From the NCBI GenBank assembly GCA_035084275.1, contig CM068749.1, positions 13,640,001 to 13,704,000 of the forward strand: a DNA stretch of 64,000 nt, written 5' to 3'. The DNA comes from Hydrolagus colliei. Taxonomy: Eukaryota. Every line of letters begins with the position of its first letter. Within the stretch, counting starts at the first letter, position 1. Both the position numbers and the translations under genes were made by a program. This document shows, one piece after another, positions 13,608 to 27,938 of this stretch. Below the pieces are notes generated by a model that was not told the origin of the DNA, did not search any database, and worked only from the letters and a program-made list of their open reading frames with translations.

Positions 13608-14034
13608 GCTCGGGTCCTGACCAGACTGTTCAGCGCTTTGGGACGTCCTCCCGTGCTATATAAGTGCAATTTTGTTGCTGTTGTTGTTGTCAACACTCCT
13701 CGTCATACTTGAGACACTTATGTTCTGATGGACACTCTATAGGATCTTTTCAACCATTAAATCCTGGTTATATCCCTAGTCAGATGCCTCCATTAGAATA
13801 TGTGTTGCATGTAACTAAATTCTTTAGTAAAACTGTCAGCCGTAGCTTAAGGCCTTAAAACGAGGGTTAAGCAAACCGGAAACATGAAGAGCATTTGAAC
13901 TTCATTAGTTTGACCACAAGGTGTCAGGCTTTGTTGAAGTAGAAATGAGAAAGACCTTGGACTGAAGAGATGAGAACAACACACAAACTGTGAAGAGTTC
14001 TATAGTAGCCAAAGCTAATTGATCAAAAATATCT

Positions 14035-14190
14035 ATTTTCTTCATTTGCCTTGTTTGCCATTGAAGAATTTTAAACCCGTCTATTGTTTTCCCGCTCAAT
14101 CTCCTCTGCTCCAGGGGAAAATGCCTTAATTTATCCAGCCTCTCTCCACACATGCATCGTTTCATCTCTGCATCGTTTCATCCTTTTGAA
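14035..14190 (-). mobile_element. Degenerate CR1 ORF2 fragment
   Basis: ERLDKLRHFPLEQRRLSGKTIDGFKIL resembles ERLDRLGLFSLEQRRLRGDLIEVYKI in the copy at about 35800. Confidence 0.7.
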
Positions 14191-17100
14191 TCTGACCGAA
14201 TCCTCAATTATGTACCTCTATTTCTGCATTTATAATATAGACTTGCAGACACTACTTTGGCATCGGTCCCTGCAGGTGGTTTGTGCTGTGAGTAATGTGA
14301 AAAGCACATCTGCTTACAAACTACACATTCACTATGCTTTACAGTGAATCCTGTGAAATGCTTTGAGACGTCTTCCTATTGTGAAAAGTGCTATAGCATA
14401 TGCAATGATTTTTATGTCGACTTTATGAGGGAGTAGCAACAACATCAGACTACTGCAGCCAGACACGGGTTTCCATTCCCCCCTCTAACCTTGTAACAAG
14501 ATAAGCAGTGTCTGCTGTCTCTTTTTGGGGTCTTTTATACTGGGCATAGATGTGCTTTTCATATAGCTCACATTTGCAAACCACCTTCAGGCAGCAGGAA
14601 AGGTCCATGACCTGAAGATAAAGTCACGATTTCTGACTGAAATTAATGCACAGTGTTGCTGCTGGTGCTTATGGATTGCACTGTGCAGTGTAACCTGGCT
14701 TTCACTCAGTGCTTGTGTGTTTCCAATGTTTGTTAAAAAGAAGAAAGAGGAGCCACCGTTCTAATCAGAGTTTAACAAGTTGTTAAAGATCACACGAGAT
14801 ACAATTCACACTTTGCTCCAGCAGTAATGAATCTCACTTGATTATAATGTTGTGAAATTCCCTGCCAGCCTGGCTTTATTTCCACAATATTGAAAAGTGC
14901 ATGAAAATTAATAGCAAATGATTAAAGGTGCCACTATTGTGATTGAAACGTGAGGCAATTTTGCACATGATCTGCTACAAAAAAAATTCACTTCCAAATA
15001 AAGTTACACATCCATAGAAGCTGTTTCTTACTAAATGCAACAGCGCACCATGACAAACAAGTAACACGAGGAATTGATGTAGCACATCAGAATGGTGCAT
15101 TTACACAGACCTGGGTTGTAATTAACAACATAAAGAAATGATGGGACTTCTTTGCCTTCACTTATATAGTCTTAATCCTTATAGGCAAGCATTACTAGTA
15201 TGTACCAATGCTCATATTTGACTTGAATTTACAATGTAAGTAATAAATAATACTGAACACACAAGGTGCACACAGGTGATTCAACCCTGAGGAGGTTCAA
15301 TATTAAGAAGATGATGCAATTTGAATGTAATTCAAGATGACGTGTAAGGTTTGCCCTGAATCTTTCATTTTAAAATAATGAAACAAAGATGTAGCAGGTA
15401 GCGAAATAATCAATTTGCTGTCATTTTTATTTCATCACAATTAGACAACAATATGAAGTTATTGTTTTTAACCTTGAAATATCAAGCTCCCGCCCCCCCC
15501 CCACCCACTACTGCTCCTCAGGCAAGTGTCTGCATCTTCAGCAGAGAAGAGGGAGAATGGTAAAAAGAATTGCTGTTTATTATTTTAGATAGAAAGCTGA
15601 ATTTGTTTTCTGTTTCAGTCATAATTCCCAGAAATTAACTAAGTTGGGGCTCGGGCTGCCTGAGCTGATACGTTGTATTTAACATTGGTTCCAGCATTTG
15701 GTATTTTATCGTATTTCACATTATAACTTCTTTGCTGTAAGGTACGAAGAGTAAGTTTATCTTCAGCAAGCGTGTGCAGACATCTTATTGACAAGGGCAT
15801 TCCATGAACAGCAAATAAAGCAAACATTTAATCTTAAAGATCAATATCAATATCAGTTATTAAGAATCCATTCAGTATTTTTACACTGTGGAAAACTCTT
15901 CAACATAAGCAATTGAGTAAAGCAATTTCAGATATTTTATGGGTGTTACTTAATTTCTAACATATAGATTTCTTTTAGTATCCTTAGTTCGTAAATCGGA
16001 ATTACATGTATTTATCTCCATCTTGCTTGCTTATTTTACTTGAATTCTGTTTCATTTCCTTCACCCTATGTTTACTCCCCTCAGTTTAATCTTTTGTTAA
16101 TTAATAGTTCACCGTGAAGCTTGCTTATTTTTCTTCCATTCTTTGATCTATTGGTTATCCCTCACCTGTCATTTTGGTTCTGCTTAGCTTTTTCTGGGTA
16201 GTGAATCACAACATAAAATTATTGGTGCTTCCAGCAGAGTAGAAAATAGTGAACACAGAAGAGCAGAGGGGTTAGAGTCAAGAGAAACAATAGGCCTTAC
16301 AGACGGATAGCTGAAGTTTAAGGCATATTGGAAAAAAGACTTATTGTTGGAATCATTACAAAGTCAAGTGTACATCATTTCTCGTCAGAATGGGAAAAAA
16401 CAAATGTTATTAGCATTTGCAAGGTTAAGCTGAATGGTACTTTAACATCCCAATTTAATACGTCAGACTAAGTGAAGCAAGATCAAGAATGTTTCTAACA
16501 CGTGACTGTTTCATATCAGGTTTCTTCTGAATGATCAAACAGTTTAAGGCTAATGTGTTCGCAGACAAGGTCAGTGTTGAATAAAATTATCTGTTGATGC
16601 AAAATTAATAATAGTAGAAGAGCAAGTACATAACTCCATCAAGACAGTTTGACTGTGCCATTGTCAACCTACCCTGTTCTAAAAGAACATAGACTATTCT
16701 TCAAGGACAAATTTCAATTCTTCACTTTAATAATCCTGTATACAGTGGGGAAAAGAATGATGGATACAGAAAGAAAAAAACAATTATGGATAGAGAGATA
16801 GTTAAGAAAACTGGTAGAAGATTGGGAAATCTAAAAAAAACTTTGTATTTCTATCACTAGCATTAATGTCTTTCAAAACATTAATGCCTTTCAAAGATGA
16901 ATGATGGAATAATCTGACTGTATCGGTTAAAAAGAAATTAAGCTACAAAAAAATGGGCTGTGTGGCTGTGTTTCCATTCAATGGCTTCTAATAACATTCC
17001 TTAACAATGACTGAGTCACAAATGAAGACTGCTAACATTAACCAGATATGTCACTCTGACCCAGGGGAACTCTGCTCCAGAACTAGATTATGTCAGATTG

Positions 17101-20100
17101 GATTTGTCGTGAGTTAGGATGAGGTATTTTGGGGTATCGTCAGGAGTCCCATTTGTGACTCAGAGTTATTAAGGAATCCCGTAATGAATTGCTACAGCTT
17201 AGCCTTGATGTCTAGATTCCATCCTTTGCAAAGAATTCTGGACTGTCAATCAGCTGCAAGATTTTAACTGAAGCAGCAGTATGAGCATTGCTAAGATTCA
17301 ATCAAATTTTTTCACATTAATGTCCGATAACGTTTATCTGAGAAACTTGCACGTTACTTCTCTTGTCTGTGGAACCCTTTCCCAAAAAGTGAAACAGATT
17401 GCATCCAGCCCATGATCTCTGAAGCTCAGCTTGCTGACCCTGTGTTTATCTCCTGGAAAGTCTATCTCTTCATTGCCCTGACAGAAATTTGCTGCACCTG
17501 TTACATCCTCAACAAACAACAGGATCACTTTGGGAAATAAATAGATCTTCCTTTGCTGCTTCCCATCCACTTACTAGATATTCACTAGTTTCACATGTCC
17601 TTTCCCTCCAAAATAGTATATTTGGGTGACAACTGGATCAAATAAAGCACTGTATTAAGGTCAAATGATCCATGTTCAAATCAAATTCAACGTGAGTGCA
17701 TCTTTTACATCTCATATCCAGTATGCACTGAAGAGTTGATTGAGAAGATTGGTACATTTTTTTAAATTTAACGTAACACAAGGCAAAGTGCTGAAGAAAG
17801 TTTATTCTCCCCAGAAGCTTTCAGTTCCTGATTCCGTACTTTTTACCAATATAGTAAGCACTGGAGAACCATTCAGATGTGAGAGGTTGCTGCATTGCAT
17901 ACATGTAATTGAAGCATGAAATGAAGCAAAGTCTATTTGTTTAGTATTGTGTGTTGATCTTGAACAGAGGGAAACATATATTTACGAGGATGTGCCTGTT
18001 GCATGAAGAATACATCATAATACTGCTGTCAGTGTACATAAACTGTAAAGGTGAATCCATTTTAGATTTTGGAGGAGATAGAGTTTTTACCTCTTTTTTT
18101 ATTTTACAAGGTGAAAAATGTACTTACCCCATGCTGCAATGAATTTTTGGTGTGATATGATTAAATATTAGAATAACACATTCTCATTGCATTAGAAATA
18201 GAAGCATAAAGATGAGTATTATTCTAGACTTAAAAAACGTTCCAGGGAAACGGAATGTCAGGCTTGAAAAATAGTTTTGCATTGACAGTCCAAACCAATA
18301 AGACATTAAAATTAGAATTGCCCGCCAATACAATCTTATACAGTTCTTGCTATTATCTCTTTCTGAAATGACAAGATTCAGGAGATGCTCTTGGGTGCAA
18401 CTTTGACAATGCTTCTTTCTAAGTACTAATACTAAAGTTTGCCTGAATGTATTCGCTCAACATTTACTATGGACACTGATTTCTGCATAGGGGAGAAAAT
18501 AGCTTTATTTATTTATTAATGATTTATTACGCAATTTACCATTGTATTTAATGAACACAGACTGTGTCCCATTCCAAGAAGGAAACAAAATGGCAAAATA
18601 GTGATTTTCCATTAAGAAGGATTGATTTCAAGAACTCAGTCTACTTGAGGGAGAAACATGTCATTTATTTGCACAAATCTAATAAACAAAAATAGCCATA
18701 AGGGTCTTAAAATCAGACAAATGGCTTTTTAAGAACACATATTTGTTTTTTGATTAACTATTTATTCTAAAGTAGAATGACCCCAACCCCCAGGCAATGT
18801 TTTATTATTCTTCTCCGCTTCACAATGTTGCCAAGTAATTGCATTGTGATAATGAAGTTCTTTGATCTTTCAATTGCTGCATTGTCTCAGATTAGATTGG
18901 ACTGTGCACCATTTATAATCCAGAAAACTAAAATCATTTCCACTGAGGTAATGAATTGTTGGTCAGTCATTATGGTTCCCACGTACATTGCAAATAGTTT
19001 TCAACACCGTATGTCACCTGTATTTTAATTGCACCCATATGTTGAGTGTTAATATGATTTTTTAAATGATTTCAGTGCATGGTTAAAGTCATCCTGAGCA
19101 ACAAGGTTTCACGGATGTGTTGGACACTTGCCAATTACAGTATTTCATTTATGTACATTTTCTCCCAATTGAAACATCTGGTTTAAACACAAGGCACTGA
19201 AGCAGTGGATGTGATACTTGAACCCAAACTTTTATGTACATCTGCTGTTTTTTTGTAGCAGAAATCAATGATTTTAATTTAGCGTGTCTTATTCAGTTTC
19301 GCTGGAATATAGCACCTTTAGGCAACCGAGTGCAGATCCATACTAAACGGCAGGCTTTTAAATACACCAGAGTGGCTTTGTGCTAAAGCATTGAACAAAT
19401 CTAAATTGTTTTGGGTCAACTTGCCTACAGCAAAGTGAAACCTTCTTATTTTATGCTCAGCTGGATTTCAGTTTGTGAAATTACAGAATTTGTACTTTTT
19501 CAACTGCATTTTTTATTGTTAGCAAAACTATCTTGAAATAGTCACATCATGTGGTCACACTTTACTTAAAACAAATGTAGAATTAGGAGTCATTTGATGC
19601 TGTCTATTATATGATCAGAAAGCATTGTTGAAAGGAGTTGCACACACCGTCACTTTGCTGCTCTGTATTTATTGTGACACAAATAACCTTTGAACAAACT
19701 TCAATATGGGAAAAAAAACCCTCTGCATATTTGCCCGAGTAACAGGAAAAGTGGGCTTTTTAACATTAACTGATATAAATAATACAAATGGTACTTGAAT
19801 AATTATTAGCTTATTGAAATAGTGTTCACTAATGCAGTGGTTTTTGTGGACTACTGTATTTAGACAACACATATTTTAGTTTGACTTTGAAGTGCAAGTG
19901 AATCACATTTTACTTTGGAAATAAATTATGGATTAGCTTAACTGGATGAACTGCATGCATTTTATTTTTTTTTTAAAAAGGGACTTGTGTCATGGCTAAC
20001 TCTCAGGTTGAGTGTGTGGTGTTCAGCTCAATGTAGACTTGCTAATTAGACCACGTTAATACTTGTGTAGAAGGATACTTGCCACAGACTGTGAAACAAT

Positions 20101-20875
20101 TCTCTGCTTGTGGGTGAACTATACTGAACTGGATAGAGAGCTTTACTCATTTGGCCAAAAATTATAAATTAAATCAACGACTTTGATGATGTCGCCTTAC
20201 AATGGAATTTCCCTATTATATAGTTGCTAACAGTCACAGTTGCCCATTTTGTTGCACCTATTTTGATATGTGTTAACCCATTGCAATGGTTCTAGATATA
20301 GAAGTGGAATATTTTGAAAGTGACATGAGATACATTATATTTTATATTATTAGGTGAAAAACATTCTACCATTATTGTAATTATTTCAGTGCCTTGGGAC
20401 ATCCTCCCGAGGTGAAAGGCATGATACAAATGTAATTTTGTTGTTGTTATTGTTGATTGTGGTTAGAGCTGATAAACCTGAAGAGAGGCTTTGTTCTGTT
20501 AGATATAGAGCATCAACACCAATATATTCTTTCCAATCCTCTGTTTGTGATTCATTTTCTATCTTAGATTACTTTTTGATTTCTGGTTCAATGTTGCACA
20601 TTGATAGAGATACTTCAATTGGATCTGTCATAACCTCTAATCATACATTAGTTATAATAGATCTTTGGATAATGGAAAATTATATAAATAGACTAAGGAG
20701 ACAGCTAAATCTAAAAAATGCAAGCCAGAAGAACTGCAATGATGCTCATAAGATGTGTGGTCCTGTCATTGTGAGAAGGCACAAATCAGAAGCTGGATGG
20801 TTCCTGTAGGTGAGTTGTCTCGTGTTTATCTCCTGGTGGCTAAATCGAAACTAACAATTGCAGAGAGACATGTAA

Positions 20876-21089
20876 TATTAATAATAATCCTTGCATTTGA
20901 TATAGCGCTTTTCACATCATATCGATGACTCAAAGTGCTTCACAGAATATACTGTAAAGTGAATTGACTGTGTAGTTGTGGGCGAAACGTGCATGTGGCA
21001 ATTGTGCACAACAGCGTCCCACAAACAGTCATGGATTGAAAATGACCAATTTTATTATTGTGGTTTATTTTCGATGGATTATTATTATT
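20876..21089 (-). mobile_element. Same SINE family, 5'-truncated
   Basis: Highly similar to the copies at 33107 and 53204 (ccttgcatttgatatagcgcttttcac...cccacaaacagtcatggattgaa). Confidence 0.85.
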
Positions 21090-23269
21090 CTTTCTGGTAC
21101 CTTGAGCAATCATTTATCAAAATGACTATTGTGAAGCACATGGGAACTGCATTTAGAAATTGGGGGAGAGAAGGGAGGGAGGAATGAGGAGTGAAATTCA
21201 GCATTGCCAGGCTGGAAATAGCTTTACAAACTTCATTCTGTTCTAGTTGATAATTGTCGCTTGTTGTAATTTTCGAACTTTTAAGATCACAAAGACATTG
21301 AAGGACTCTTGATTGGTGAACACGTGCATGAGTGGACACTGTATCCAAATGATATCCCTTTGTCTGTACGTGAACTTTAACCATCTATTCAGGGCAGGAG
21401 GTAGGATGATTCTTTCTCATTACCACTGAAGAATAGATTAATTAGGAGAAGTCAAATTTGTATCCTTGGGTGATATGTAAGTGAAAGAATTTTCTTTTTC
21501 ATGTGGTAGTTGCATTAACTTTGGTTAATATGGATAGAGCAATTACCCTTCAAAATCAAACTCCTAATATTGTGCAAAAGGAGCGCACAATGTTAAAAGG
21601 ACATTAGCTCCTTGGATCAAGTCCATATTCATTATGATAATTTAAATTTACGATAAACTATTTCATAAAATTATTTCTAAATGTATTTTAGGATAGGAGT
21701 GTGTTTGTGGGGTGGGGGGCGGGTGGGGGGGCGGGGGTGGGGGTTGCAGTGGGGAGGGAGGGTGATGGAGAGGGGAGGGCGACAAGATTCCACACTGGGG
21801 TTCAGAAAACAATGTTGTAAAGTGTTCGTACTTGTGATCAATGCCCTGGTGTGGCTGATTGCTGGTCAACTATCACTTGGATTGTGGTTGCTATCTGATA
21901 CACACACTTTTTTGTTAGGTAAAACTCGAGCCATTTTAAATCCAAACCATCATTGCCTTGTTCAGTAATAAAAAAAAATCCTTCACCATCCTAATAATCA
22001 ACAACTGAGTAATGACAATTTACAGTGCGCATTGTACTGCGGGAGGGAAATTGAAGACAACCCTGTAGATTGAAAGATATGAGCATCTATTTTGCAGGTT
22101 GGGTTAACCATCTGTAAAGAAGGAATTACTGTTGCCCTCAACAATGAAATTGACAACCAAGGAAAAGGATTACAAATTAGACTCCATGTTCTGGTGTTTT
22201 GTTTTTCAACTGATTGCTTTGCTCTGAGTTTTGCTGTATATCACAGAGTTGTTTTAAAATATTTGATAACACAAAAGACATTTTTGAATAACTTCAGTAG
22301 GCCCTCCGGCTTATTTTACAATGACTGCATTTATTCTGTATAACATGTTTTTGGAGTGCTTTTGAAAGTTCTCTCCTCCCTATTTGTTATTATTGCAGTG
22401 TATTTACAGTAAGTTCTGTGAAGGGCTTTTAGATGTCGAGAAGACGCGATAGCCATTACCGGTATATATACATGCAAGTATTATTATTATTATAACTTTG
22501 ATTTCCTTGTACAGGAGATCTTGGAGTAAAATTGCACTCTTTCAATCTTCTTCTCATAGAAATATGTCCACAGCGAGCTGGATAGCTTAAGATCTGTTCT
22601 ACCCTGTAAGTGTTTTATTACCTTGAAAAAAATAGACTTCTGCAATCCGTTTAAATCTCATCAGGCCCCAATTTGGCTTAACCCAAATCTGTTTAATCAG
22701 ACACAAGAAGACAGTCTTGTTTGAGTTAGTCAATAATGTTCATCTAATTACTTTCAGCACACTACTTACTCACAAATAAATAGAGAGGTGCACTTTTAGC
22801 TCCCTGTAGAAACAAATATCCTTTTTTTTTTGCCTGTTTAGACTTCACTTTGTAGAATTAGTCAACAACAGTGATGAGCTTTCAAAGTTCTATACATCTA
22901 TTTTGTTCTTAATCCAAATTGATCTGATATCTGATATTGGAATCAGAAAAGGTCGGGGGTGAAAGGACTTAGGGGCTAAAATTGATGCCATTATGTGAGT
23001 GTTGGATACGAAGAGAAACTAATGCCACAGCAAGGGAGATAAGAACTAATCTGATACAATTTTACTTTCATTTAATTGGGCCTTGCGATGCTTGTTAAGT
23101 GAAACTGATGCTAAATTCCATTTGCTGCATTGCAAATATAGACTGGATACTGCTGCTCGTATATATTAAGTGTTATATCAGATTGATTAGTATCCAATTC
23201 AAAAAGATCAGTGGAAACTGCTGCTTATTTTTGAAACATTTTTTAAAGTTTATTTAATGTAGCAATAGT

Positions 23270-23590
23270 TGCTGCATTTAATGTGACACCGCGTCACATC
23301 AAAACATCTTTGTCATTCTCAAGCAATTCACAAAGATTTTTGCAAACCGTAGTGCATTTGCAAGCAAATGGGGGCAGTGTACCAGTGCCCAACAAACAGC
23401 TGTGAAGTGAATGACTAATATTTATCTGGAAGATAACTGGCAAGGATATCTGACTAAACGCCCTTCACTTTTCAAATAATGCATGGGATCTTTAACAAGC
23501 GAGCATCAGTTTAACGTCGCAACTGCAAGACCGCACCGCTGACAATGCAGCACTCCCCCAGTACTGCATTTGAGGGTCAGCCTAGATCAG
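23270..23590 (-). mobile_element. Old DeuSINE (SacSINE1/AmnSINE1-like) relic
   Basis: atgggatctttaac...tttaacgtc...gacaatgcagcactcccccagtactgca...gtcagcctagat. Related relics at about 37235-37335, 39395-39640 and 51700-51897. Confidence 0.65.
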
Positions 23591-24412
23591 AGGCTCGGTT
23601 AGATACCCCACATTAAATTCAACCAAATCTAACGCTGCAGTAATCTTATTCTTCCACAGGGCAGTGCTAGTTTATCATAAATGAGGAATTGCCAAATCGT
23701 ACCAGCTATAGGGATTCTGAAAAGTGTTATTTCCCTTTCTCTCTCTCTCTCTAACCCTCTCTCTCTCTCTTGCTTTGTACAGTTATCTACTGTAACAAAT
23801 ATTTTTCTCCATTACCCTCCCATGGTCAGATCACCTGCTGAACTCACTGTCAAAGTACTGTACATACAAAAATAGTTGACAACTGCTTGTTTGTGGTACT
23901 GGAGATCAAGTTGCACCCATGAGACTGTGTATCTGGGGCAAAAGGAGAAAGAACTCAAAGTTTGATGAGGGGGACAAATTGAAATATTACGAAGGGAATA
24001 ACATTTTAGCTTCTTCATTCCCACATTGTGCTGGTGTGGACTGATCCAATCACTGCACTGTGCAATTACTGTAAAGCAATCCTGAAGCAAAGATGATGGA
24101 AGATCCTTATTTGCAAATCAATCATCCAACTACCGGTAGTTGACACTTTTGGGAAAGCAGTTGAAGGATAGCTATCCAAGCAAGCCAAGAGAAAGCAATG
24201 TGGCGGATGTACCTCAGCAAAATATTAGCTGGTCTGTGCAGTTGGTAGCTGAGGTTGGAAGTTCACCAGAATGATGGATAATAATAATAATCTTTGCATT
24301 TGATATAGCACTTTTCACTTCTTATCGATGTCTCAAAGCCCTTCACAGAATATACTGTAAAGTGAATTGACTGTATATTTGTGGGCAAAACACAGCAGCC
24401 ATTTGTACACAG

Positions 24413-25227
24413 TAGGGTCTGTCGATATGGAAATTTTCCGATTTAGATATATCGATGGGCTCATATCGAGATATACCGAAATATCGATATTTTCGGGTTT
24501 TTCGTACTGCGCATGCGCACGCGGCGCGCGCATTCGGGGCCTATCTCCTCAGGAGGTAAATATCTTTCTCTCTCTGTGTCTCTCACTCTCTCCATCTCTG
24601 TGTTTTTCTGTCTGTGTCTCTCTCCTCTCTCACATCCCCCCCATCTCTATCTATGTGTATATTATCACATCCACCCCGTCTCTCCCCCACCCCCGCCGCC
24701 GTTCCTCTCTCGCACCCCCCACCCCCGTCGTCTCTCTCCCCCGCCCACCCCCCCAGCTGTCTCTTTCCCACTCCCCCCCCCCGCCGTCTCTCTCTCCCTC
24801 CCTCCCACCCCCAGCCATCTCTCTCCCCCCCCCAGCCGTCTCTCTCCCCCTTCCCCCCCCAGCCGTCTCTCTCCCCCTGCCCCCAGCTGTCTCTCTCCCC
24901 CTCCCCCTCCCCCCCAGCCGTCTCTCTCCACCTCCCCCCCCAGCCGTCTCTCTCCCCCTCACACCACCCCCCCAGCCGTCTCTCCCCCTCCCCACCTTTG
25001 CATACCTGTATATTGTATTCTAGGACTATGAATACAATATGGCGGCTTAGCACCTCGGTCTGTGCATTGTGTATAGAGATGAGCATTCTGGGTCTTGTAG
25101 TTCAGTGTGCGCGCATTCCGATTTTTTACCTTGGATATATCGATATTTTTGAAATGCCTATATCGGCGTATCGATATGAAAATTTATATCGGGTTTTAGC
25201 GATATATCGATATATCGCCGGACCCTA
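24413..25227. mobile_element. Non-autonomous hAT-superfamily element (MITE), 815 bp
   Basis: Perfect 8-bp TSD GTACACAG (24405-24412, 25228-25235); TIRs TAGGGTCTGTCGATAT and TAGGGTCCGGCGATAT (14/16); subterminal CGATAT repeats; CpG-rich. Confidence 0.9.
24670..24995 (+). repeat. C-rich minisatellite (about ccccccagccgtctctct) inside the MITE
   Basis: Roughly ten imperfect copies visible; they explain the overlapping Pro- and Gly-rich ORFs. Confidence 0.85.
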
Positions 25228-27678
25228 GTACACAGCAGTGTCCCACAGACAGTCGTGGATTGAAATGACCAATTTTATTATTGTGTGTTTATTTTGGAGC
25301 GATTATTATTAGGCGTGTGCAGTAAGGAAACTTGCCCAAGGTTTCACCCTGATCTGCCTGGATTCGAACACAGGTCTCACACTTGTAAGGCGAGTGCTCT
25401 AACCACTGAGCTACAGGAGCACCACAAGTTTCGATAAGCATTCTATCCTATGCTATATCAACATATTGAACCCTTGGACCACTTGATGCTGTCTGTCCAG
25501 TGCCTTGGAACATTGTCCCGAAGTGAAAGGTGTTATCAAATGTAATTTTGTTGTTGTTGAATCATGAGATATTTGATTGAAAAGTTTTATTGTATATCAC
25601 CTGGCACTTTTTTTTGCAGAAATTCTACTGGCATTCTCAAAGCATTAAAACAGTCATGGGGCTGATGTATTTTTGTATTATCCTTTCCGTTGGGAAATGT
25701 TCAAACTAGAATTGATCGTCTTTCGAGGCTGGCAATGGAATTGGAGGTTTGTAAAAAATTGGAAAACTTTGCTCCTTTCTAGTTTTGTTGGGAAATCCCC
25801 CAGAAATTCACATCTTGCAATAGGACCTTTGCAATTTGAATACAGCACTACAATATTGCAGCATTGCCTGCTTGGTGTCATAAGGCATTCGTATTGCACG
25901 ATCATGACTTATCTGTATTCTCACACACGTGTTGCTAAATCTCATGCCAAACCGAATATGTTGATAATTTATTTGAGAGGGGGGGAAAAATGTCAACCAA
26001 ATAACGGGTTATACAAAGACTGGCATTGGCAAAGATGCATGAACATGCTGTACACATTGCCTGATGGTCTTCTCACTCTAATTTCCCAGCCAAATGAAAT
26101 TAACACTGCCAATGTTTTCATTTGTTTGGCCTAGCACGGTCCAAAGGACTAACTATCCTTTTGTGGCCTCTTGTTGGATCCATCCAAACCTCTGCTTGTG
26201 TACAGTACTTCAATTGTAAAACTCGACACTAAACAAAAGATGAAAGCCATTGAAATCCAGTGCACAAAATTAGATATGACTAGTGAAAGTATCAGAGACA
26301 AAGAAATCAAAGGCATTTGGATCAGACCAGAATTATTATCAGAATAAACCAAAAATGGATTGCTATTCCAAAACTGACACCTTAAAATGAAAGCTTATAG
26401 ATTTTCTTGGAATTTCTGGCCACTCTGTGGCTGAGGGAGAGTTTACTATAAAAAAAACAGGGGAATAAGTTAATTGATTTTATTTGTAAATTTGTTTTAA
26501 ATGATTTCTTGAGCGAGCATTCTTTCCGAGGACATTTTTTAGAGAAATTCCACCTAGTCTAAAGTTACTGCATTTTCTTAAGAGTTTCAGAACAATTGTT
26601 AGATTCTTAACATTGAAGCTGGCTATCTATAGTTCTAAAAATAACTCCCAATGTGAAAGAAGTAGATACATGTAAGTTGTATTGTACTATAAAACATATG
26701 GCAAATTCTCAATCACACTTTTTATTTGTGTAGAATGAGATTTAAATTTAGAAAATGGATAGAATTTAAATAAAGCCTCCCTTCCCTTTGATCAGAAATG
26801 TTATTAAATGTTCAGGACTCAGGGTGAAATTAAACAATTAAAAAGCAACCTAATAAACTGATTATTACCTTTTGCATATAATGTTGATCTCCTTAATATA
26901 AAGACTGTAGTACTTTTGATTTTGAATAGATTACTGCACAACACAGCATTTAAGGACTGAGGGTGGATTACTGGTTTATGTTTTGCCCTTCTATTATCTG
27001 CCTGAAGCCTCAGAATACTGCACAGTGCAAACCTATTTCAATGCAGAACAAAATCATTTCACAATCCTTTCTCCAAATCATGCACCAGTGCAACATAAGA
27101 AGATTTGCATAATAAATACTAAACTTATTTTCAGGAGCAATTGCCTAAGCAATTGATTGCCAGCTGTTTGATGCTGCCTTGTTTCTGTTCGAAGGTTTCT
27201 GTTCGAAGGTTATGCTTGTAATCCTGGAATGGAATAATTCCAGAACTGTAGGTCAAGATATCTTTAATGGACTGCAGACTTTGGTGTGATAAATCCAGCA
27301 ATGGTAGTAACATATTTCATGTAGTTCTTTATTAGCCATCAAAACAGATTTCTATTTTGATTTAATATGGTATGAATAGCTGTAGAGTATTTTGACATGT
27401 TTTAAATTTGCATGCTTTTACTATCCAATGCAATGTGGAGGAGAGCGCTAAAGTACAGCTCATATAAGCCATCAGTACTACTGTCACAGAATATCACTGC
27501 TCTATAAATAATGTGCACATATGTGTTTGTATGGTATATTCTGTGAGCGCTTTGAGATGTTCTGAAGACATGATAAGGCGCTATATCAAATGTAAGGATT
27601 ATTATTATTGACAAGTGCAAATTAGATTTCCTGATGAAATTTCTTAAAAACCTGGGTATTTATTTCTTTACTATGAAG

Positions 27679-27938
27679 NNNNNNNNNNNNNNNNNNNNNN
27701 NNNNNNNNNNNNNNNNNNNNNNNNNNNNNNNNNNNNNNNNNNNNNNNNNNNNNNNNNNNNNNNNNNNNNNNNNNNNNNNNNNNNNNNNNNNNNNNNNNNN
27801 NNNNNNNNNNNNNNNNNNNNNNNNNNNNNNNNNNNNNNNNNNNNNNNNNNNNNNNNNNNNNNNNNNNNNNNNNNNNNNNNNNNNNNNNNNNNNNNNNNNN
27901 NNNNNNNNNNNNNNNNNNNNNNNNNNNNNNNNNNNNNN
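27679..27938. other. Assembly gap (260 N)
   Basis: Run of n bases. Confidence 1.

Larger units (their letters stand above)
24279..25358 (-). mobile_element. Same SINE family, full length, interrupted by a hAT MITE
   Basis: SINE sequence at 24279-24412 resumes at 25228 and ends with the tRNA-like head accactgagctacagga. Confidence 0.88.

Noticed and set aside
24367-25228. Overlapping 88-218 aa Pro- and Gly-rich ORFs on both strands
   Set aside because: Products of the stop-poor C-rich minisatellite inside the MITE.
27182-27209. 14-bp tandem duplication (similar 12-bp one near 30243)
   Set aside because: Ordinary slippage duplications with no functional context.
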